Shown here: piece by piece, positions 1-6,199 of the stretch
How positions within the stretch are numbered: the stretch's first letter is position 1
Layout: the number at the start of each line of letters is the position of its first letter
From: a virus
IMG/VR virus record: IMGVR_UViG_3300046531_000422
Strand: one strand, 5' to 3'
Length of the DNA stretch: 44,669 bases
Notes under the pieces: model-generated
Databases searched by the model: none
The model's input: the letters and a program-made list of their open reading frames with translations, nothing else
Told to the model about the DNA's origin: nothing
Translations under genes and position numbers: made by a program

Positions 1-127
1 TAAAAAATATGAACTTTTCAAAAAGACTGACCATTAAAAGACATCAATTAAATTTTACACAAGATGATCTAGCAGAGCTGATTGGAGTATCTAGGGCAAC
101 AATAAATATGTGGGAAAATCCGGTATC
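1..127. repeat. Terminal direct repeat, exact copy of 44543..44669 (circular-assembly overlap)
   Basis: Read base by base: 1..127 (taaaaaatatgaactttt...ccggtatc) is identical to the last 127 nt of the window. Confidence 0.95.
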
Positions 128-689
128 AGATGAAAAATACCCCAATACAAATAACTTAAAAAAATTAGCCGAAGTTTTAAAAGTTGAAGAGTCATGGCTA
201 AGATTTGGTATAGGTGATAATCAGCCAAAAGACTACAAAAATTCTATTGAATTAAATAAGAACATACATATACTATCGGACGTTCCACTCGTGCCAATCA
301 ATCTTATAAGTGGTTGGTTGAAATCTAAACGAAAAATATTAAAAAAGGGATTAAATATGAGCATCGAAGAAAGAAAAGAAGTAATATTTCCATGTCCCAT
401 CGAAGGAGATTCAATGGTTAGCGAATCAAATCCAGAAAAAAGTATTTATGATGGAGATATAGCCATAGTAGACCCAACAATGATTAACAATATAAAAAGT
501 GGGGATGTCGTAATAGCTCAATATGGAATGCTAAGCGACAATTACAAATTAAGGATTTATAGAAAGGATGGTACAGATGATTATTTGATACCATTGAACA
601 AAAGATATAATTCAATAAAAGTTGACGAAAATGTAAGAATTGTAGGAAAAGTTTTAAGAATTTATAAAAATTTATATTCAAAATATTAG
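9..689 (+). CDS. CI/LexA-like repressor: XRE-type HTH plus S24 peptidase domain
   Basis: N-term LTIKRHQLNFTQDDLAELIGVSRATINMWE (HTH_XRE); C-term GDSM...DGDIAIVDP...RIVGKVL (S24 Ser/Lys dyad context); divergent from Cro-like gene. Confidence 0.85.
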   Translation: MNFSKRLTIKRHQLNFTQDDLAELIGVSRATINMWENPVSDEKYPNTNNLKKLAEVLKVEESWLRFGIGDNQPKDYKNSIELNKNIHILSDVPLVPINLISGWLKSKRKILKKGLNMSIEERKEVIFPCPIEGDSMVSESNPEKSIYDGDIAIVDPTMINNIKSGDVVIAQYGMLSDNYKLRIYRKDGTDDYLIPLNKRYNSIKVDENVRIVGKVLRIYKNLYSKY

Positions 690-702
690 GATATAAGACT
701 AT

Positions 703-745
703 AAAACCCGAATATTTTATAAAATGTACGGGTTTTATTTTATCA
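703..745 (+). terminator. Intrinsic terminator after repressor gene
   Basis: Stem aaaacccg (703-710) / cgggtttt (729-736), long AT loop, followed by attttat. Confidence 0.5.
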
Positions 746-781
746 AAAAATGACAAATAAAAAAATATTTAAAAAAAATAG

Positions 782-811
782 TTGACATCAAATGCAAAGC
801 TAGCTTATCAT
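782..811 (+). promoter_or_regulatory. Sigma70-like promoter of rightward early operon, with AAGCTAGCTT palindrome in spacer
   Basis: TTGACA 782-787, 18-nt spacer, TATCAT 806-811; perfect 10-bp palindrome aagctagctt 797-806. Confidence 0.5.
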
Positions 812-852
812 TCATTTTGTAAACATTTAAAAAACAAAATGGAGGTAAAAAA

Positions 853-1290
853 ATGGAATATCAAAATACTTATCAGTACATGAAGTACAAAATAGACAGA
901 TCAATATCATCAAGATATATAAAAAATTCAAGCAATAAACCAACTATTTCATCAATAGATCATTTTGATTTTGAACAAAAAAAAGAAATACTTTTATCTT
1001 TTTTTAGAGAGTTGACTGACGAAACAAAAGATAAGATACAAGATAAACTTTTGGATGATCCAAAAAATTTAATGCTTAGAATTTTGGATATTTCTAATCA
1101 TTCAAACATTGAAGAATCTATTGTAAGTTTTTTATGGATTTCTGTATTGCCAAAACTTGAAGATATTTATGATGAAGTAGAAAAAGATATGTTTAGAAGT
1201 GAAATGTCTGAAAATGATGAAAATTTATTGTTATGCATGAAAGAAAGATGTTCTGATATTAGACAATCTATTGGAGGCAATTATGTGTAA
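853..1290 (+). CDS. hypothetical early protein
   Basis: ORF with GGAGG SD 8 nt upstream; first gene after promoter. Confidence 0.6.
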   Translation: MEYQNTYQYMKYKIDRSISSRYIKNSSNKPTISSIDHFDFEQKKEILLSFFRELTDETKDKIQDKLLDDPKNLMLRILDISNHSNIEESIVSFLWISVLPKLEDIYDEVEKDMFRSEMSENDENLLLCMKERCSDIRQSIGGNYV

Positions 1291-1408
1291 TTTTGATAAA
1301 GATTATGAATTTATTATTGTTAAACAAGACCCAGAAATATATACAAAAGAAGAATGGGAGAATCAATATAGTTTGCCTCATCAAGCATTTATAAATGATG
1401 AATATTAG
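1283..1408 (+). CDS. small hypothetical protein (41 aa)
   Basis: ATG overlaps preceding stop (ATGTGTAA); below ORF-track cutoff; MCNFDKDYEFIIVKQDPEIYTKEEWENQYSLPHQAFINDEY. Confidence 0.3.
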   Translation: MCNFDKDYEFIIVKQDPEIYTKEEWENQYSLPHQAFINDEY

Positions 1409-1418
1409 GAGAATAAAA

Positions 1419-1721
1419 ATGAATGAAAGAAACGCAACAATAGATATATTTGGTACAAAAATTGGAAACGCAGAAGAGTATGATTGTGATGATGATATGA
1501 ATGTAAATTATGTAAATTGTGAATTTGATGATTTTTTTTTACAAGATAATCGTTTAGAAAAATTGAAAAATTTTTTAAATGAAAAAAAGGAAGGTGATTT
1601 TATATGTTTTTCTTTTGGTTTACATAAAAAAGAAGCTTTATTATATTTTTATGATAAAGAAGGAGAATTATATTTTGAAATTACTTTAGATTTTGTAGAA
1701 ATTATTAAAAGCATTTTATAA
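1419..1721 (+). CDS. hypothetical protein (start moved to Met9 of ORF 1395..1721)
   Basis: AGGAG 8 nt upstream of ATG 1419. Confidence 0.55.
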   Translation: MNERNATIDIFGTKIGNAEEYDCDDDMNVNYVNCEFDDFFLQDNRLEKLKNFLNEKKEGDFICFSFGLHKKEALLYFYDKEGELYFEITLDFVEIIKSIL

Positions 1722-1736
1722 AAAGGAGATAAATAA

Positions 1737-2588
1737 ATGGCATTGCGAGCTAAAAAACCAAGTTTAGTTTCTAAGAGATTAAAGGCATTATTTTATGGAG
1801 CAGCCGGAGCAGGAAAAACTACTGCTGCCATATCATTTCCCAGGCCATATCTTATAGATACAGAAAAAGGGGCTTCAAATTCTCAATATGTAAAAATATT
1901 AGAAACAAACGGCGGCGTTATTTTCCAAACTTCTGATTTTGATGAGGTAATAAATGAAGTTAAGTCTCTTATTTCTGAAAAACATGAATATAAGACTTTA
2001 ATAATTGATCCTTTAACAATCATATATAATGACCTTTTAGATAAAGCAGCTTTAAAAACTGGTACAGAATTTGGAAGACATTATGCAGAAGCAAACAAGC
2101 TTATGAAACAATTGCTTAATTTACTTCTTAGGCTTGATATGAATGTAATTATAACAAGCCATGCAAAAAATGAATATGGTGATAATTTAAAGGTATTGGG
2201 AACTACTTACGATTGTTACAAGAAGCTTGATTACTTATTTGATCTAGTTTTTGAGGTTCAAAAAAGAGGTATGGATCACGTAGGAATAGTAAAAAAGTCT
2301 CGTATAGAGGGATTCCAATATTCATCACAATTCCCCTTTAATTACGAACATATAGCAAAGACATACGGAAAAGATGTGTTGGAAAGAGATGCAGTGCCAG
2401 TTAAATTAGCTTCTAACGAACAAGTAAAAGAAATAACCAGGCTAATAGATATTATGAAAATACCTGTAGATATTTACCAAAAATGGATTGATAAAGCTGA
2501 TTCGTCAAACTTTTCAGAAATGACATTTGATCAGATTCAGGCTTGTATAGATGCTTGCAATAAAAAATTAACCCAACAAGGAGAATAA
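1737..2588 (+). CDS. AAA_24 / Sak4-like RecA-fold ATPase (recombination)
   Basis: Walker A GAAGAGKTT near N-term, LIIDPL Walker-B-like strand; typical size and position ahead of a DUF669-like gene. Confidence 0.8.
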   Translation: MALRAKKPSLVSKRLKALFYGAAGAGKTTAAISFPRPYLIDTEKGASNSQYVKILETNGGVIFQTSDFDEVINEVKSLISEKHEYKTLIIDPLTIIYNDLLDKAALKTGTEFGRHYAEANKLMKQLLNLLLRLDMNVIITSHAKNEYGDNLKVLGTTYDCYKKLDYLFDLVFEVQKRGMDHVGIVKKSRIEGFQYSSQFPFNYEHIAKTYGKDVLERDAVPVKLASNEQVKEITRLIDIMKIPVDIYQKWIDKADSSNFSEMTFDQIQACIDACNKKLTQQGE

Positions 2589-2591
2589 AAA

Positions 2592-3041
2592 ATGTCTTTT
2601 ACATTTGATCCAAATATTCCAGATAGAGAATATGAAGTACTTAAAGAAGGAATTTATTCATTTGAAACAATTTCTTGTATAGAGGGAGAAACTGAACAAA
2701 AAGTCCCTAAAGTTGTATTAACTCTTTCTGTATTTGATGAAGAAGGCTCAAGATGGAAGCATACAATGCATATAACTGAGAAAAACGCATATCATTTGAA
2801 ATCTTTTTGGTATGCAGTAGGTCATCCTGAATTGATAGAACAAGTAGCACAAAATCATGATCCATTTGTTTATCTGGGTAAATGTGGGAAACTTAAAACC
2901 AAGGTAGAGCATAGTATGTATAACGGAAATCCACAAACTAGATCAGTTGTTTCTTACTTCATTTTTGAAAAACCAGATCAATTAAATAAAATTAATAAAG
3001 AACCTGAAATTGAAATTAAAGAAGATGACATACAATTTTAA
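2592..3041 (+). CDS. DUF669-like (SSB-like partner of Sak4)
   Basis: Position directly after AAA_24 gene; N-term EYEVLKEGIYSFETIS pattern typical of DUF669. Confidence 0.5.
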   Translation: MSFTFDPNIPDREYEVLKEGIYSFETISCIEGETEQKVPKVVLTLSVFDEEGSRWKHTMHITEKNAYHLKSFWYAVGHPELIEQVAQNHDPFVYLGKCGKLKTKVEHSMYNGNPQTRSVVSYFIFEKPDQLNKINKEPEIEIKEDDIQF

Positions 3042-3063
3042 ATAAAAATAACAGGAGGTTAAA

Positions 3064-3264
3064 ATGAATCAATATTCACAAGAAATACAGCACATACAAA
3101 AAAAATATAGCATATTGAAAAATATTTTTCATAGGTATGTATATTTCAATGAAGGTTTTCAAAATGCACAAGAACAAGAAATAAACAGGGTTGTTAGGAA
3201 GCTTGTCTCTAACAAAAACAATCGTGATAAAAACAGAATGACAGCTATGGAGATATATTTATAA
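3064..3264 (+). CDS. hypothetical protein
   Basis: GGAGG SD; operon context. Confidence 0.5.
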   Translation: MNQYSQEIQHIQKKYSILKNIFHRYVYFNEGFQNAQEQEINRVVRKLVSNKNNRDKNRMTAMEIYL

Positions 3265-3584
3265 TGACAACCTTAAACAATTTGCCAGAAAATTTCTTTT
3301 CTGATTCTGTAAGTGAATTTAAAGGATTGCCCGATGATGTTATTAAATCATTAAGTAATAAAAAAGAATCAATACTTGAAAAAAATATAATTTCATTGAT
3401 AAATGCTGCTGGCGGTGAATTAAACTTAGATAAAATTATTGCTGGCGTTTATTATTTAGAAACTGAAGCATATTCAAGAACTACCATGACTCAAAAAATT
3501 TATAGAATGATGAAGAAAGAACTTATATTTAGAGTTAAGGGTAAGAAAGGATTATATACAACAATAATTGGAACTGAAAAATGA
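3264..3584 (+). CDS. hypothetical protein, possible winged-helix
   Basis: TAATG stop-start overlap with the preceding gene (stop-inclusive ORF end = ATG first base); C-terminal half looks wHTH-like by eye only. Confidence 0.5.
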   Translation: MTTLNNLPENFFSDSVSEFKGLPDDVIKSLSNKKESILEKNIISLINAAGGELNLDKIIAGVYYLETEAYSRTTMTQKIYRMMKKELIFRVKGKKGLYTTIIGTEK

Positions 3585-3844
3585 AACTTAAAAAACCAAA
3601 AAAGTTACAAGTTTTAAAAAAAACAAAAATTAAAACACCAGAAAAAATATATAGAAAATCTAATATAAAAAATAATAGTATAGATTGTTTTTCTGAAATT
3701 ATTGATGCTACACGCATGACTTTAGAATCTTTAATAAATTTTGTATTAAATATAGAAAAAAGAATTTTTGTTTTAGAAGAATGGTTGGAACTTTTAGAGA
3801 AACAACAAAAAGAAATTAAGAAGAAACTGGATCAGAAAAAATGA
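3581..3844 (+). CDS. hypothetical Lys-rich coiled-coil protein
   Basis: ATGA overlap coupling on both sides. Confidence 0.5.
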   Translation: MKLKKPKKLQVLKKTKIKTPEKIYRKSNIKNNSIDCFSEIIDATRMTLESLINFVLNIEKRIFVLEEWLELLEKQQKEIKKKLDQKK

Positions 3845-4182
3845 TGCTCTACGAAAACACAGACCTTAAAAATACTGTCTTTGGTGAATATGGCGAAGAG
3901 AAATTTATTAAGGTTATTTACCAGGGATATCACAGAGAAGGACTTCATCAGGTGCGCTTAAAATGGTATCCTGAAGCAGTTGATAATGATGATGAGATTA
4001 AGTTAGTTCATGAGTCTTTGTTTATGGATTATCAGACAACTGAGAAACCTGCTGAATTACAATCCGATCCCACTCTTTTAAAGAAAAAACAGAAGCGACA
4101 TAAGCCTTCATTACGTCAGGAGGAGTCGATAAGTCAGTTAAATTATGTATTGGCAAATCAGGTTCTTTTGGCAGGGAAATAG
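3841..4182 (+). CDS. hypothetical protein
   Basis: ATGA coupling to upstream gene; 3' 161 nt overlap the convergent o-spanin candidate. Confidence 0.45.
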   Translation: MMLYENTDLKNTVFGEYGEEKFIKVIYQGYHREGLHQVRLKWYPEAVDNDDEIKLVHESLFMDYQTTEKPAELQSDPTLLKKKQKRHKPSLRQEESISQLNYVLANQVLLAGK

Positions 4183-4294
4183 AAGGATACTTGTAAACTA
4201 ATCTGGTTGGACTAGATGAGCATGCAGTTAATGAAATTAAACACATTAATGTAAAACATTTAAGGATATTTTTATGACAAATGAATCTATACAT
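4022..4294 (-). CDS. o-spanin (Rz1-like outer-membrane lipoprotein) candidate
   Basis: Lipobox LISLTAC after basic n-region, Pro-rich mature part, last gene of lysis cassette. Confidence 0.5.
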   Translation of the reverse strand: MYRFICHKNILKCFTLMCLISLTACSSSPTRLVYKYPSISLPKEPDLPIHNLTDLSTPPDVMKAYVASVFSLKEWDRIVIQQVSQLSDNP

Positions 4295-4420
4295 AAATCT
4301 GGTAAGAGGTTTTATAATCTAAAACAGATAAATTTTTTGTCTGGTTTATGGATAGGATTTTTTATTGGGGCTACTTCGGGTATGTCTGCTTTTGTTTTAG
4401 TTTATAAACTTTTCTCATAA
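4274..4420 (+). CDS. small membrane protein candidate (48 aa)
   Basis: AGGA SD upstream; one hydrophobic segment LSGLWIGFFIGATSGMSAFVLVY; below ORF-track cutoff. Confidence 0.3.
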   Translation: MTNESIHKSGKRFYNLKQINFLSGLWIGFFIGATSGMSAFVLVYKLFS

Positions 4421-4717
4421 AGACTTAGCCTGTTTTATTCCCCATTTTATAGCCTCATCGCACTGTAATGGAACGCCTGAACTCATGATACGATCAACGT
4501 TAAGCTGTGATGTTTTGAGGCTTGTTTCTGCTTGATTCTGAGCTTTAATAGCCTTAGCCTCAAATGTTTTAGATTCTAATTCTAATTTTTCTACTTGTTC
4601 ATTAATGTTTGATAGTTTTAATTGACAAATATCTAATCTAGAGTCTTGAAAATAAATTACTGATGCCAAAAATAAAATAACCAAAATATACCAATATCTA
4701 CTTATTAGATTTATCAT
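4415..4717 (-). CDS. i-spanin (Rz-like) candidate (start at internal Met of ORF 4415..4768)
   Basis: N-terminal TM YWYILVILFLASVIYF then coiled-coil periplasmic domain; follows holin-like gene. Confidence 0.5.
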   Translation of the reverse strand: MINLISRYWYILVILFLASVIYFQDSRLDICQLKLSNINEQVEKLELESKTFEAKAIKAQNQAETSLKTSQLNVDRIMSSGVPLQCDEAIKWGIKQAKSL

Positions 4718-4922
4718 GATGTGTTTTCTCTGCAAAGAAGCCAGACATAAACTTAAAAAACATGCCAACTAACATAATTAATATACCAAGTCTATCATTT
4801 TTATCTACTATTGGGAATGTTTGGGAAAACATGCATGCAGCTAGAACAGAATCAGAAAACAATCTGATTTTAAGCGGTGTTGGGAATTTATAGTGTTTTA
4901 AACCAAAAGAGATTTTTTTCAT
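4698..4922 (-). CDS. holin candidate
   Basis: 74 aa, two hydrophobic segments, charged C-terminus EKTHHDKSNK, directly downstream of endolysin. Confidence 0.4.
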   Translation of the reverse strand: MKKISFGLKHYKFPTPLKIRLFSDSVLAACMFSQTFPIVDKNDRLGILIMLVGMFFKFMSGFFAEKTHHDKSNK

Positions 4923-5004
4923 GAATGATGATTTATTTATTGCTATTATGTTTGCCCTAACATTAATATCTACATTAATACTGTGTTATATTTTATTGCA
5001 TTGA

Positions 5005-5553
5005 TTATAAATTAGCTCTTCTTAACCATGATTTTAATGACGGGCCATATTTTTCAGCATTTCTGTCAACAAGACTTTCATAAAATTTTATTCTTTCTTG
5101 TCTATAATTAATAATCAAATCTTCCACATAACATGCATTTAATTCATTAATTACTGAAATTGTTTTAGGCCCTAATATACCATCACACATCAGTTTATAT
5201 TTTTCCTTAGCAAAAATATTGTAAGATTTTTGAAGTATCCTATTAGCAACTGATGGGCCAGAATTAACGCACATATCAAATAATCTTTTTGTTAATTCAA
5301 AAATACTATCTTCTAATAAATTATAATGATCTTCTTCAAACATGATTTCATATTCAGTAATTGCATTTTCCTTACTGAATTTTTTCATGTCTTCAATACC
5401 TATAATACCATCTCCATCTAAGTCATATTGCCATCTATCATTATCCATTAGATATTTTGCAGTTATCCCAAAATTTGTAGGGCCTCCATTGTCTACAGTA
5501 AAACCCCCTTCATTTTTAAGAACAAACTCTATTGATTCTTTTGTAACATTCAT
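5005..5553 (-). CDS. Endolysin, glycoside hydrolase family 108 N-terminal domain + PG_binding_3-like C-terminus
   Basis: NEGGFTVDNGGPTNFGIT (GH108 EGG motif), C-terminal GILGPKT...RIKFY pattern; contains EF-hand-type loop. Confidence 0.8.
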   Translation of the reverse strand: MNVTKESIEFVLKNEGGFTVDNGGPTNFGITAKYLMDNDRWQYDLDGDGIIGIEDMKKFSKENAITEYEIMFEEDHYNLLEDSIFELTKRLFDMCVNSGPSVANRILQKSYNIFAKEKYKLMCDGILGPKTISVINELNACYVEDLIINYRQERIKFYESLVDRNAEKYGPSLKSWLRRANL

Positions 5554-5557
5554 AAAA

Positions 5558-5941
5558 TCACCATAAATATCTTATTATATTTTTTATTGATTCTTTTACA
5601 GAAAAATATATTGCAGATAAAAATATCAACATATGAATTAAATATTTAGGATAGTATTTAATTATGTTTGATATAAGTTTTTTTCTTACTATAACTTCCT
5701 TATTGTCAGACTCAATTGAATAAACCTTTTCTATAAGATCACGATTAAATTTTTCTATTTTTTCATTAAGAACAGTAGATGAATCAAAAAGAGCTATAAC
5801 ATCCTGATTAACTTTTTTTAATGTTTCAGACATTGCAAAAAAACCATTTGTCAAATCATGAGTATGTTTTCTCAATTTATCTATCTCTTTTATATTTACA
5901 TCTATCCTTTCTTTCAAAACTTCAATATTTATTTCTGGCAT
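5558..5941 (-). CDS. coiled-coil protein with C-terminal TM anchor (lysis-associated?)
   Basis: Hydrophobic YLIHMLIFLSAIYF near C-term; directly upstream of endolysin. Confidence 0.5.
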   Translation of the reverse strand: MPEINIEVLKERIDVNIKEIDKLRKHTHDLTNGFFAMSETLKKVNQDVIALFDSSTVLNEKIEKFNRDLIEKVYSIESDNKEVIVRKKLISNIIKYYPKYLIHMLIFLSAIYFSVKESIKNIIRYLW

Positions 5942-5946
5942 TTTTA

Positions 5947-6198
5947 TTACATTTCAACACGCAATCGATCATCTTCTGTTTCCAAAGGTTCTTCTGGTAA
6001 AACTGCATTATCACAATTTTTTTTGTTTTTATCGCAATGATATGAACGATCAAATTTATTTTCACCGAATCTATTAATGTCATACATAATTTTTGGAACC
6101 GGCACCGGTGGGTAAGATTCTCCACTATTTGTAAAAATTTCTTTTTCACTTGATCGTAATGCGATTAAAGATAAAAAATGAAATATTTTTTTAAACAT
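5947..6198 (-). CDS. hypothetical secreted/anchored small protein
   Basis: N-terminal MFKKIFHFLSLIAL signal-like segment; abuts tail-fibre stop; preferred over the overlapping 5922..6149 frame. Confidence 0.45.
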   Translation of the reverse strand: MFKKIFHFLSLIALRSSEKEIFTNSGESYPPVPVPKIMYDINRFGENKFDRSYHCDKNKKNCDNAVLPEEPLETEDDRLRVEM

Positions 6199-6199
6199 T

